DNA from: Acidimicrobiia bacterium
GTDB taxonomy: Bacteria; Actinomycetota; Acidimicrobiia; Spongiisociales; ZC4RG35
Length of the DNA stretch: 64,000 bases
Direction of reading: 5' to 3'
NCBI GenBank assembly: GCA_041746105.1
Contig: JBGTHP010000003.1
Coordinates: forward strand, 78,163 to 142,162
Part shown: positions 47,577-57,033 of the stretch, piece by piece
Layout of the letters: each line of letters starts with the position of its first letter
Numbering within the stretch: the first letter of the stretch is position 1
Translations under genes and position numbers: made by a program
The notes under the pieces: model-generated
What the model saw: only the letters and a program-made list of their open reading frames with translations
What the model was told of the DNA's origin: nothing
Databases searched by the model: none

Positions 47577-47935
47577 CGGACCTCGACCTAGACCGAGGGA
47601 GGGGCGCGCCGTTCATATCGGACACCTTTCAACCGCCAGCGGTCGCCACGATCTCCTGCAACGGTGAGTTCACGACGTCGTCGGCGGTTCGGTTGAAAAC
47701 GTCGGCCACGCGAGAACAAAAATCTGTCAAAACCGTGCAGAGTTGGATACCGCCTTCTATCCGATCGCGGCCGGTTACAAGAACGTCGACCGTGGGGGGT
47801 CCCACCGGGCTGTCGATCGATCCGGTTTGGTCGACCGAACAGCCGCCAGGAGCGATCCTCCGACGAAACACAAAAGTGCCGGAAAGGCAGTGCTGCTCCT
47901 CGAGGCCAGAGCACAGGGCGACTTGCGGGGCGAGA

Positions 47936-49510
47936 TTACCCCGCGCGTTGGTGGGTCTCGGCCACGAGCGGAAGCCGGAGTCGGAATACGCTCCAGCCGT
48001 GGTGGTAGTCATAGGCGAGGGAGCCGCCCATGGCCCGCGCCAGTGAGCTCGAAACATAAAGTCCCAGCCCAAACCCGTCCGGGCTGGAACGCTGTCCGAC
48101 CTGGAAGTAGGGCGAGAACAGACGGTGGCGTTGCGCCTTTGGAATTCCGGCACCGTCATCTCTGACGTCGAGACAACCCCACCCCTCCTGAGCGTAGATG
48201 TGGACTTCGATTCTGGGACCGCCGTACTTTCTGGCATTGGAGACGAGGTTGCGGACGATCTGCCTTGTTCGCGTCCTGTCGCCGGCAACGGTGGTGGCAT
48301 CGCCGATCACCTCGATCGATCTGGTTCGTCGGCTCATTCCCCTGACCACCTGGTCGGCGTCCGTCATCAGGTTGAGGTGGTCGTTCCCTATCCGAAGTTC
48401 ACCCATCTCGTGCCGGGTGGCAACCAGCAGGTCTTCGACGATGTCGGCCGCCTCGCGTGCTTGTTCTGTGAGGATCGCCAGATACTCGTCGACGTCGGCC
48501 GAGATCCCGCCGATCTCCGGTTCCAACTGGTCGGCGAAGCCGAGCACAGCAGTCAAGGGAGTCCTTATCTCGTGGCTGACGGTTGCGATGAAGTTGGTCT
48601 TCCAGCGCGACTCTTCTGTTGCTCGCCGACTCGCATGGACCGGCTCGGTGATGTCTGACACAGCAAGTGAAATCACGGGGAGGCGGTCGAGTTCGTCGGA
48701 CCTCGATGCCACCACGCTGAGGACTCGCTCGCCGTCGATTACCGACGCGTGCACCTCGCTCTCGTCGAGGGCAATCTCCACTATCGAAACGATGGTCGGA
48801 AACGACTCGAGGACTTGCCGATAGTCCTGTCCCATCGAGATATCCAACGTGGACCAGCCGGCGCTCGAGAGGACCGTTCCCCCTGCGTCGATGACCATCA
48901 GAGAGATCTTGCTCATATTCAGCGTCGCCGTGAGGGAGGCGCGAGCCAGATCGCGTTCGATCCTCAAACTTGCCGCCGTCTGACGCAGCAGCCACAGGAC
49001 ACCGATGATGATGACGATGAATACCGACACGATCACCAGGACAACCACCAGGGCAATTGAGACGCGGCTTGCCTCGGCCCGTTGGATCGGCAGCGACAGG
49101 TTGAGGGCGAGTCCGATGGTCAGGGCGGTGGCGGTGTGGGCGACAAATCCCTTCGTGACTCTGGGCAAGACGACCCAGGCCACGCAAAATGTTCCGAGCA
49201 CGGCTGCGGGAACCGACAGGAGAGTGGCGGCAACAGCCGCGGTCAGCGCCGCCGCATAGAGGTCGATCGTGAGCGAGGTCCGTGGACTCATCTTGATGAG
49301 GCCAAGGATGCGGCATCCGGTGGTGACAACTTCCACGACTGCTGCCGCGATCGCCAGCCAGAGCCAGTCCGGTCTGAGGCCGAATCGGAAGGCGGCACCG
49401 ACGCCGACAAGCCATCCGACGAGCCTCATCCAATCATGGGCAACGTGGAATCTGTCGCTTTCGGCGAAATCGGGAAGAGACAGAGAAATCTTCGGTTGGT
49501 CGGGTTCCAA
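47936..49510 (-). CDS. Multi-TM sensor histidine kinase with PAS-like linker, orphan in this window
   Basis: 'SHEIRTPLT', 'NLVSNARKY', 'DDGAGI', 'GFGLGL'; 5-6 N-terminal TMs. Confidence 0.9.
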   Translation of the reverse strand: MEPDQPKISLSLPDFAESDRFHVAHDWMRLVGWLVGVGAAFRFGLRPDWLWLAIAAAVVEVVTTGCRILGLIKMSPRTSLTIDLYAAALTAAVAATLLSVPAAVLGTFCVAWVVLPRVTKGFVAHTATALTIGLALNLSLPIQRAEASRVSIALVVVLVIVSVFIVIIIGVLWLLRQTAASLRIERDLARASLTATLNMSKISLMVIDAGGTVLSSAGWSTLDISMGQDYRQVLESFPTIVSIVEIALDESEVHASVIDGERVLSVVASRSDELDRLPVISLAVSDITEPVHASRRATEESRWKTNFIATVSHEIRTPLTAVLGFADQLEPEIGGISADVDEYLAILTEQAREAADIVEDLLVATRHEMGELRIGNDHLNLMTDADQVVRGMSRRTRSIEVIGDATTVAGDRTRTRQIVRNLVSNARKYGGPRIEVHIYAQEGWGCLDVRDDGAGIPKAQRHRLFSPYFQVGQRSSPDGFGLGLYVSSSLARAMGGSLAYDYHHGWSVFRLRLPLVAETHQRAG

Positions 49511-49607
49511 GGCTATTACATCGGTCTAAAACGATTCCGACCTGAGCCGGACTCGGGGTCGGCGGTCGGTGCGTCCTTGTGCAAGACGATGACCTCGTCG
49601 GCTCCGC

Positions 49608-50396
49608 TTACGAGAATTTGGGCGGTCGCTTGGCCTTGGCGGCGGCGACCCCTTCTGCTGCGTCCGGCAGGCCCCAACCCATGAATTCGAGGGCGAGCCC
49701 TGCATCAAAAGCCGGGTACGCAGAGCGCAACCAGTGGTTGAGGCTGTGTTTGGTCCACCGAATCGCACTCTGGCTGCCCGAAGCCAGCGAACGGGCAACG
49801 CTCAGAGCCTCGGCAAGGAGTTCGGTGTCGTCGACGGTCTTCGAAACGAGGCCAATGCGCTCGGCTTCTGCTCCGTCCATCGGGTCGTTGGTCAGGAGGT
49901 GATACTTGGCCTTGGCCATTCCAACCAGCAGCGGCCAGATCAACACGGCGTGATCTCCGGCCGCGACTCCGATGCGGACGTGGCCGTCGATGATTTTTGC
50001 CGACCGGCCGGCAATTGAGATGTCCGCCAGGAGTGCGGCCGCCAGTCCAGCACCAACCGCGACTCCATTGATCGCACTCACTATCGGTTTCGAGCATTCG
50101 ACGATATTGCGGACGAGATCGCGGGCTTCGCTCAGGGTTCGTTCTCTGGCGTGCGGCTCGAGGATGATCTCCTCGAGCATCGAGAAGTCGCCACCCGCGC
50201 TGAAGAAGGGGCCGTCTGCTCGAAGAAGTGCGACGCGGACTCGATCGTCTCGTTCGACATCGAGCCAGATGTCGGCGAGTTGGCGGTGCCCTTCGGCGTC
50301 GACCGTGTTGGCCGGAGGGTTGGACAAGACAATCTCCAGGACGCCATCTGAGTGCAGATCACATCGAAGTTTGTCGTAGCTCGCCCAGTCGAACAC
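49608..50396 (-). CDS. Enoyl-CoA hydratase/isomerase (crotonase) family protein
   Basis: 'FSAGGD', 'KPIVSAINGVAVGAG', 'DGHVRIGVAAGDH'. Confidence 0.92.
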   Translation of the reverse strand: MFDWASYDKLRCDLHSDGVLEIVLSNPPANTVDAEGHRQLADIWLDVERDDRVRVALLRADGPFFSAGGDFSMLEEIILEPHARERTLSEARDLVRNIVECSKPIVSAINGVAVGAGLAAALLADISIAGRSAKIIDGHVRIGVAAGDHAVLIWPLLVGMAKAKYHLLTNDPMDGAEAERIGLVSKTVDDTELLAEALSVARSLASGSQSAIRWTKHSLNHWLRSAYPAFDAGLALEFMGWGLPDAAEGVAAAKAKRPPKFS

Positions 50397-50422
50397 CGCT
50401 TCACCCTAGTTCCGGAAAGGCG

Positions 50423-50450
50423 CCAATCCACGGCCCCACCGGTTCCGAAC
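50423..50450 (+). promoter_or_regulatory. SigK-type ECF promoter CCAATCC-N15-CCGAAC
   Basis: Close to the mycobacterial SigK consensus (CCATCC-N15-CCGAAT); ends 37 nt before the DUF4331 start. Confidence 0.65.
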
Positions 50451-50487
50451 TGCCTGTGACGCAGAAGACGAGAGAGAGGAGTGCGTC

Positions 50488-51624
50488 ATGAACAGAGAAG
50501 GAATACTCCTTCGAAGGCGAGGAAAGTCTCGCCGTATGACCGGCCTGCTGGTCGTAGGAGCCGTTGTTGCGGTACTGGGTCCCTTGGGGGCGGCAAGTGC
50601 GGCGGATCACCTCGACGCTCCAGGGCTGATGTCACCATCCGAAAGGACGGATCTGGATATCAACGACGTCTATGTGTTCGCCGGGAGTGGCGACACGACG
50701 GTCCTCGCGGTGACTGTGTCGCCGCTGGCCGGCGTCGACTCGAGATTCGCCGACCGTCGCGACGGGGTCTACCACTTGCGGGTCGACACCAACGGCGACG
50801 CGGTGGCGGACATTGCATATGCCTTCGAGTTCAGCGGAGACAAGGTCAAGGTGCGAAGGGCAGAAGGCGACTCGGCGGACGAGGCGAGAGCACGGGGACG
50901 GGTAATAGGTCAGGCGAGGCTCGAGACCATGAGCGAGCTACGGGATGGGACCAAGGTCTTTGCCGGGCTGCGATCCGATCCCTTCTTCTTCGATCTGTCG
51001 GGGTTCCTTGGAACGGTCGAAGGCAAAGGCACCGACGGGCTGGGTCAGGAACCGACGGACTTCTTCGTCGACCTGAACACTCTGGCCATCGTCATCGAGG
51101 TGCCTGACGCGAAGCTGGCGCCGTCGATTGGTGTTTGGGCATCAACCGAGATGCGCACCCGTGATGGATGGCAGCAGGTCGATCGGATGGGTCGGCCAGC
51201 GATCAACACCGTCGTGAACAGTTCTGGTCCGATCGTTGGAGCCTCCAGCGACGCCAAGAATGTGTTCAACGCCTCGGTGCCGGCCAACGATGGCCAGTTC
51301 CGTGACGGTGTCATCAGCGCTCTGCTGGCATTCAGCTCGCTCGATGCAGAGGGTCCTTACGCTGTCGAGCAGGCCGGTGCTCTGGCCGACGTTCTGCTCC
51401 CGGATGTTCTGGCCTTCGACAAGTCGTCGTCCTTGCCGGCCCCACTCAATGGGCGCCAGCTGACCGACGACGTGATCGACACCGAGCTCCGAATAGTCAC
51501 CGGTGGCGATCCGCTGGGGTTGTTTGCAGATCGAGACGCCGATGGCGGCGTCAACTCGGACGGAGTTGGCCCCCACGGGGATTACCTGTCGGTCTTCCCC
51601 TATCTGGGCGAGCCGCATCATTGA
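50488..51624 (+). CDS. DUF4331 family secreted protein
   Basis: Signal peptide ending ASA then 'ADHLDAP', 'DINDVYVF', 'FAGLRSDPFFFD', 'QVDRMGRPAIN', 'NGRQLTDDVID', 'FPYLG.PH'. Confidence 0.9.
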   Translation: MNREGILLRRRGKSRRMTGLLVVGAVVAVLGPLGAASAADHLDAPGLMSPSERTDLDINDVYVFAGSGDTTVLAVTVSPLAGVDSRFADRRDGVYHLRVDTNGDAVADIAYAFEFSGDKVKVRRAEGDSADEARARGRVIGQARLETMSELRDGTKVFAGLRSDPFFFDLSGFLGTVEGKGTDGLGQEPTDFFVDLNTLAIVIEVPDAKLAPSIGVWASTEMRTRDGWQQVDRMGRPAINTVVNSSGPIVGASSDAKNVFNASVPANDGQFRDGVISALLAFSSLDAEGPYAVEQAGALADVLLPDVLAFDKSSSLPAPLNGRQLTDDVIDTELRIVTGGDPLGLFADRDADGGVNSDGVGPHGDYLSVFPYLGEPHH

Positions 51625-51631
51625 CGGCCGA

Positions 51632-51664
51632 TTGGGTGGGGTGGCCTTGGGCCGCCCCACCCAA
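51632..51664 (+). other. Strong intercistronic hairpin TTGGGTGGGGTGGCC-TTG-GGCCGCCCCACCCAA
   Basis: 15-bp stem (one G-U) between the DUF4331 and TPR genes. Confidence 0.7.
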
Positions 51665-51688
51665 ATCCGGCGGGGAAAGGTACCCAAC

Positions 51689-52960
51689 ATGAGACGAACT
51701 GTCCGCTGGCTCGTGGTTGGATCGTTGTCGTTGCTGACGGCGTTCGCCGCACAGTCGGTCTTCACCAACAACTCTGCGCCGCTGCCCATGGTCCCCCGGT
51801 CGCCCGCCGAGACCCAGCGCTTGATTGAGGTCTTCTCGAACCGGGTGTCGGTTTCGGCGGGTTATCCCGACTTGATGACGCTTGGAACCCTCTACCTGGA
51901 GCGAGCCAGAGTGGACGGCGACCTCGCCGACTACGAATCGGCGCGGGCGACCGGCTACCAGTTGCTCGACACCGACCGAGATGACCCTGATGCCTTGATC
52001 CTGACGGCTCAATCCGAGCTGGCGCTCCACCAGTTCGAAATGGCGCGAAATCTCGGAATGCAAGCTGTGGCCGCCGAACCAGAAAACGGACCAGCACTGG
52101 CGGTGAGTGTCGATGCCCTCCTCGCCCTCGGCGATGTTCAGACGTCTCGCACTTTTCTCGATCGGCTGGAACGACTTGTCACTGGGGACCCCGGTGTTTT
52201 GTTGCGCAAGGCCGAATTCCAATGGCTTGTAGGCGACGTCGAGGCGGCAGCCGCTTCGAGTCGTTCAGCACTCGAATTGGCAAAGGAGTTGGTGGCGGAC
52301 GAGGCAGCTCTCGGCATCTACTTCTCACACGCGGCTCGCATTGCAGGAGCGACGGGTTACCATCTCGATGCCATCGAGATTCTCGAGGACGCACCGCCAA
52401 TCGCCACCGTGTTGCACCAACGCGCCAGGGCGATGGCCGCGACCGGTGATCTGGTGGGCGCGATCTCCGTCCTGGAGGAAGCGGTTGCGCTACGTCCCGA
52501 CCCGTCCTTCCTGATGGATCTGGGGCTGGCATACGAGATCGCCGGTGACTACGAAAGAGCTGCCGCCATCGATGCCACCATGGATGCCATCGGCCGGCTC
52601 GACTCTGCCGGCGTGTATGACAGGGTGATCTCCCAATGGCTCTCCGATCGTGGTCTCGACCCGGCGAGGGCTCTGGCCCTGGCCGAATCCGATCCGCGCC
52701 GGGACCCCGGTTCGTTCGACACCCTGGCGTGGGCATTGTTGAGGGCAGGAAGGGCGGAGGATGCACGCGAGGCGTCGGACGAGGCCCTGGCCTCGGGGTC
52801 TGCCGACCCATCCATCTTGCTCCACTCGGCCTTGATCTGGTCGGCACTCGGTGAAGATGAGAAGGCAGGGGCCGCGCTCGCCACTGTCGCTGCGCTCGAT
52901 CCGCCGTTCCCGCCCAAGGTGGCCCGTGAAGCGCTCGAAGGTTGGGAGGCTGAGGAATGA
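51689..52960 (+). CDS. Membrane-anchored/exported tetratricopeptide repeat protein
   Basis: N-terminal hydrophobic segment; Ala-rich helical repeats; 'LYLERARVDGD', 'LALHQFE', 'DTLAWALLRAGR'. Confidence 0.88.
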   Translation: MRRTVRWLVVGSLSLLTAFAAQSVFTNNSAPLPMVPRSPAETQRLIEVFSNRVSVSAGYPDLMTLGTLYLERARVDGDLADYESARATGYQLLDTDRDDPDALILTAQSELALHQFEMARNLGMQAVAAEPENGPALAVSVDALLALGDVQTSRTFLDRLERLVTGDPGVLLRKAEFQWLVGDVEAAAASSRSALELAKELVADEAALGIYFSHAARIAGATGYHLDAIEILEDAPPIATVLHQRARAMAATGDLVGAISVLEEAVALRPDPSFLMDLGLAYEIAGDYERAAAIDATMDAIGRLDSAGVYDRVISQWLSDRGLDPARALALAESDPRRDPGSFDTLAWALLRAGRAEDAREASDEALASGSADPSILLHSALIWSALGEDEKAGAALATVAALDPPFPPKVAREALEGWEAEE

Positions 52961-54423
52961 GGAAGCTCCTGGCTCTTGTCGGGTTCCTGACTGTCATGAC
53001 GATGGCCGTCCCCGCCCTGGCTCATCCACTGGGTAACTACACGATCAACCACCACGTTGGGTTATCGGCTTCTGACGGTTCCCTGCAGGTGGTCTACGTG
53101 TCCGATCTGGCCGAGATTCCGACCGTTCGCGAACTGGCGACGGTTTCGGATGAACCACCAACGGATGAAGAGGTTTCGGCCTACGCGAGGACCTATTGCC
53201 GCCGGTCTCAGGAGGCGTTGGAGATACGTCTCGACGACGTACCCGCCGATCTGCTCATGCTCGGGGCAACGGCTCTGGTCAGATCCGGCGAGGCGGGTCT
53301 GCCGATCTTGAGGGTCGAGTGTGAATACTCCCTAGAGCTCGATCGGTTTCCGGTCCAGCTATCGGTGAACCAACAGAACCACGCGGGACGGCTGGGATGG
53401 AACGAGGTGGTGGTTGACCGGTCGATCGTCACAGACGACCCGGTGACTCGAGTTTCTCCTTCTGAGGTTCTCCGTGCTTATCCGGACGGTGAATTACTCG
53501 ATTCGCGCAGCGCAGCTTTCTCGATCCGGCGAACGGGTGATCAGTCCACCGTCCAAAACCCAGATGCACTGGCACTCGTCGGCGGTGGGGGCCTTCCCGC
53601 CGTGATCGGTGCTGCTTTGGGCGGAGAAAGCGGGGGAGGGGGAATGTGGCCGGCGATGATCGCGGCGCTCGCCTTGGGGGCGATTCACGCGCTTGCGCCC
53701 GGCCACGGCAAGACCCTGATGGCTGCCTATTTGATCGGGGAGCGGGGCCGCCCCCGGCATGCCGTGGGATTGGGGCTCGCCACGGCGGTGTCGCACACCA
53801 CCGGAGTTGCCGTCCTCGGCGCGGTGACACTGGCGGCGTCGGCCACTTTTGCCCCTGAGCGGGTTTACCCGATCCTCAGTGCAATCTCGGGTTTGACCAT
53901 CACCGGCATCGGGCTTGGTCTCTTGTGGAGAGTGCTGAAGAGCAGGCATGGCCATTCACATGGCCACCCCGACGAACATCCCCATTCCGGCCCACACCAG
54001 CATCCCGGGTTCCACGAGCACCACAGAGACCACGACCATCATCCGACCGGTGCCTCGGGAGACCCGGATGTCACAAGTAGCGGACACACAACAACAAGGT
54101 CCGTTGGGTGGAAGATGCTCGCTGCGTTGGGCCTCGCCGGCGGCCTGGTTCCATCGGCCAGCGCAGTGGTTCTACTGCTCGGCGCCGTCCACTTCGGAAG
54201 GGCTGCGTTCGGAATGTGGTTGGTACTCCTGTTCGGTCTGGGGATGTCCGTCGTGCTTGTGACTTCCGGTCTGGCCGTGCTCTACGCCAAGGGAGCGGCG
54301 GATCGGCTGATGTCGGCGAGGGGTTTCGCAAGCAACGCCCTCATGTTTGCGCGGCCTCTGGCCGCTGTCGTCGTGATCGTCGTAGGCACTGTCATGTCGG
54401 TAGGTGCTGTGAGCGGCCTCTAG
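52957..54423 (+). CDS. RcnA/NiCoT-like Ni/Co transporter fused to an N-terminal exported domain
   Basis: Signal peptide then 'HPLGNYTINH'; 'GAIHALAPGHGKTLMAAYL', 'SHT', His-rich loop, 'GGLVPS'. Confidence 0.87.
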   Translation: MRKLLALVGFLTVMTMAVPALAHPLGNYTINHHVGLSASDGSLQVVYVSDLAEIPTVRELATVSDEPPTDEEVSAYARTYCRRSQEALEIRLDDVPADLLMLGATALVRSGEAGLPILRVECEYSLELDRFPVQLSVNQQNHAGRLGWNEVVVDRSIVTDDPVTRVSPSEVLRAYPDGELLDSRSAAFSIRRTGDQSTVQNPDALALVGGGGLPAVIGAALGGESGGGGMWPAMIAALALGAIHALAPGHGKTLMAAYLIGERGRPRHAVGLGLATAVSHTTGVAVLGAVTLAASATFAPERVYPILSAISGLTITGIGLGLLWRVLKSRHGHSHGHPDEHPHSGPHQHPGFHEHHRDHDHHPTGASGDPDVTSSGHTTTRSVGWKMLAALGLAGGLVPSASAVVLLLGAVHFGRAAFGMWLVLLFGLGMSVVLVTSGLAVLYAKGAADRLMSARGFASNALMFARPLAAVVVIVVGTVMSVGAVSGL

Positions 54424-54499
54424 GCCAGTTCGGAATTTGGTGGACATCGGGACGGTTGGCATAGGCTGACACCAGGTTTCAGAAAGGAGCGGCCAGGCA

Positions 54500-55531
54500 A
54501 TGTCGCAACCTGTCATTGAGGTTTTCGATCAAGCGTTCCCCTGGAGCGGGCTCGACCCCTTCATCTTCACCGTTCATCACACTGACGAATATCCGGCGGG
54601 CAACGGTGAACTCGGACCAGCGGTTTCGCTGAGTGGTCGCAGGCTGGGAATGGACTTCTCGTATCTTGACGGCTGGAGCATGTACCACGGCGACAGGGTT
54701 CCCGGATTCCCGGAACATCCACATCGCGGGTTCGAGACGGTGACGGTCGTCCGGCGAGGTTACGTCGACCACTCGGATTCTCTAGGCGCCACGGCTCGGT
54801 ACGGCGAAGGTGACGTCCAGTGGCTGACCGCCGGTGCCGGCATCGTCCACGCCGAGATGTTCCCGCTGATCGATACCGAGCGCGACAACCCTCTCGAGTT
54901 GTTCCAGATCTGGCTCAACCTCCCGCCTGCTTCGAAGATGGTTCCTGCCCATTTCTCGATGTTGTGGTCAGAGGAAATCCCGACGATCGCGGTGGCCCCC
55001 GGCGTGTTGGTCGATGTCGTGGCGGGAGAATTGGACGGGGTGATCGGTCCACCGGGACCTCCCGACTCCTGGGCGTCGCACCTCGACGCCGAGTTGTCGA
55101 TATGGGTGATCGAGATGATGCCCGACTCTGTTTGGGAGATGCCGGCCGGCCGGCCGGGGCTGAATCGGATGCTCCACGTTGCGTCCGGGGCCGAAATCCG
55201 GGTGGGTGGGCAAGCGCTCGATGACACCAAAGGTGTACGGCTGAATTCCGATGTTGCGGTCACGATCGAAACCGGAGGCGGGCCGGCGAGTTTCTTGATG
55301 CTGCAGGGGCGGCCCATCGGAGCTCCTGTCATCCAGATGGGCCCGTTCGTGATGAACTCTGCCGACGAGATCCAGGCCGCCATCGACGACTATCGATCTA
55401 CCGGTTTTGGCGGTTGGCCCTGGTCTACGCGGAGTCCGGTCCATCCACCGTCGGCGGGGCGATTTGCCCTTCATGCCGATGGCAGGGTGGAGCATCGGGA
55501 TCGTATCGACGTTGGCAGACGCCAAGGCTGA
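54500..55531 (+). CDS. Pirin family protein
   Basis: 'DPF', 'HPHRGFETVT', 'VQWLTAGAGIVHAE', 'QIWLNLP', 'GPFVMN'. Confidence 0.94.
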   Translation: MSQPVIEVFDQAFPWSGLDPFIFTVHHTDEYPAGNGELGPAVSLSGRRLGMDFSYLDGWSMYHGDRVPGFPEHPHRGFETVTVVRRGYVDHSDSLGATARYGEGDVQWLTAGAGIVHAEMFPLIDTERDNPLELFQIWLNLPPASKMVPAHFSMLWSEEIPTIAVAPGVLVDVVAGELDGVIGPPGPPDSWASHLDAELSIWVIEMMPDSVWEMPAGRPGLNRMLHVASGAEIRVGGQALDDTKGVRLNSDVAVTIETGGGPASFLMLQGRPIGAPVIQMGPFVMNSADEIQAAIDDYRSTGFGGWPWSTRSPVHPPSAGRFALHADGRVEHRDRIDVGRRQG

Positions 55532-55558
55532 GTGGTCAACGGTCCGGGTCTACCGCAC

Positions 55559-56098
55559 TCAGCCGACCGGGTTTTTGTCTGGTGAATTCACAGGTTCGGC
55601 CACGAGACCGCCGCCTCTGACAGTCGCTCCGATCGCGATTCCGGCCGAGATCAACACCAGATTCTTGATGATGTACTGGCCCTCCAACGTCGGAACCAAG
55701 GGCGCATGTCTCCAAGTGAGTTCGGGGAAGATCACCAATGGGGTGATCGTGCCCGCCATCTGACCGAACAAGAGGAGGAGGACGAGTCTCAACGCCTTCC
55801 CGGTCACGAGGCCGAGGCCGATGACCGTCTCCAGAACCGCCAGCATGAGGCGGGCGGTGTCACCTTTGATCAAGCCCAACGTGAGGACTTCAACGGTGTC
55901 GGTGGCCAATCGATCGGCAGGGCTCAGCCCAGCGGTGAACTTCAGGACACCAAACCACAGGAACACCAGGCCGATCGATATCCGAAGCAATGCGACGCCG
56001 TGCGCCGCCATCCACGCGGTCAACATCCGATCCAAGTGCGCCCACTTCGGCCCAAACGCCCTCCGACCGTCAATGCCTCGATCCGATGTCACGGCCAA
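55559..56098 (-). CDS. DoxX family membrane protein
   Basis: 'LLRISIGLVFLWFGVLKF..GLSPA', 'PTLEGQYIIKNLV'; start uncertain. Confidence 0.85.
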   Translation of the reverse strand: MAVTSDRGIDGRRAFGPKWAHLDRMLTAWMAAHGVALLRISIGLVFLWFGVLKFTAGLSPADRLATDTVEVLTLGLIKGDTARLMLAVLETVIGLGLVTGKALRLVLLLLFGQMAGTITPLVIFPELTWRHAPLVPTLEGQYIIKNLVLISAGIAIGATVRGGGLVAEPVNSPDKNPVG

Positions 56099-56190
56099 AG
56101 GCTAAAAACGTTTTGTCGAAATGACGAGTTGTCGTCGCGGGGTGTAGCCCCGCCGGTTCGTGTCCTATCGTGCCTTTTGTGGCAGTTGAC

Positions 56191-57021
56191 ATGGCTCACT
56201 CGTCGGGTGGCTCTGGCGGTGCCGGACCGAACCCTGGAATCATTATGGGTCTCACCTTCCCTGTTGTCTTCGGCCTGCTGGGGTTGGTAGGTCTTCTTCA
56301 GGTTCTGATCGGAGATCTCGCGGCATCGGCGATTGGTGTGGCCATTGGTTTGGTTGTGCTGGTTTTGATGGAGCGGTTCGACATCGGATCCGATCCTGGG
56401 TTGCGAAGTTTCCGCAGCGGGTCGGTGGTGGCTGGAGTTCTCGGGGGCCTGGCGTTGGCGAGCGCTGTGACCGCCTTCATCTGGGCGCTCGGCTTCATCC
56501 AGTTCTCGGCTCGGTCCGGTACCGATGGAAAGATCGTCGTCGTGATGATTTCGGTTCTGCTTGCTGCGTTGTTCGAGGAGATCTTGTTTCGTTCGATCTG
56601 TTTTTTTGGCATCGAACCGGTTGTGGGTTCGTGGCTCACTCTTGCGACCTCGGCCGTCGTGTTCGGGGGCGTCCATGCATTCAACCCCGGCGCCGGTCTT
56701 GTTTCTACGGTCGCGATCGTTCTAACCGCCGGACTGCTTCTCGGCGCGGTGTTCCTGTTGACGCGGAGTCTGTGGGTGGTGACTGGTGTTCATTTCGGTT
56801 GGAACGCATGCATTGGGTTATTGGGCCTCGGCGTGTCTGGTTCGGCACGAGACGGAGCATTGTTCACCGCAGCGGTCGACGGCCCGTCCCTCTTGACCGG
56901 CGGCGCATTTGGCCCTGAGGCATCGGTCGTCACGATTGTGGTGGTCGGCGGTGCCGGTGTCCTTGCCGTGTCGAGGGCGCGTGCCGGAGCCGGTATCACC
57001 CCCCCGTTGTGGTCCCGGTGA
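56191..57021 (+). CDS. CPBP (CAAX/Abi) family intramembrane protease
   Basis: 'EEILFR', 'FGGVH..NP', 'H.GWN', 'LTGG.FGPEAS'. Confidence 0.9.
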   Translation: MAHSSGGSGGAGPNPGIIMGLTFPVVFGLLGLVGLLQVLIGDLAASAIGVAIGLVVLVLMERFDIGSDPGLRSFRSGSVVAGVLGGLALASAVTAFIWALGFIQFSARSGTDGKIVVVMISVLLAALFEEILFRSICFFGIEPVVGSWLTLATSAVVFGGVHAFNPGAGLVSTVAIVLTAGLLLGAVFLLTRSLWVVTGVHFGWNACIGLLGLGVSGSARDGALFTAAVDGPSLLTGGAFGPEASVVTIVVVGGAGVLAVSRARAGAGITPPLWSR

Positions 57022-57033
57022 TCGGGGCGGGTT

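Noticed and set aside
49608-50396. Crotonase as DmdD/AcuH of a DMSP pathway
   Set aside because: It has 'DGHVRIGVAAGDH' where canonical hydratases carry a catalytic Glu, and it is separated from the dmdA-like gene by a kinase on the opposite strand; no sequence support for the link
53945-54045. CAC/CAT-rich low-complexity tract as a repeat element
   Set aside because: It encodes the His-rich loop of the RcnA-like transporter
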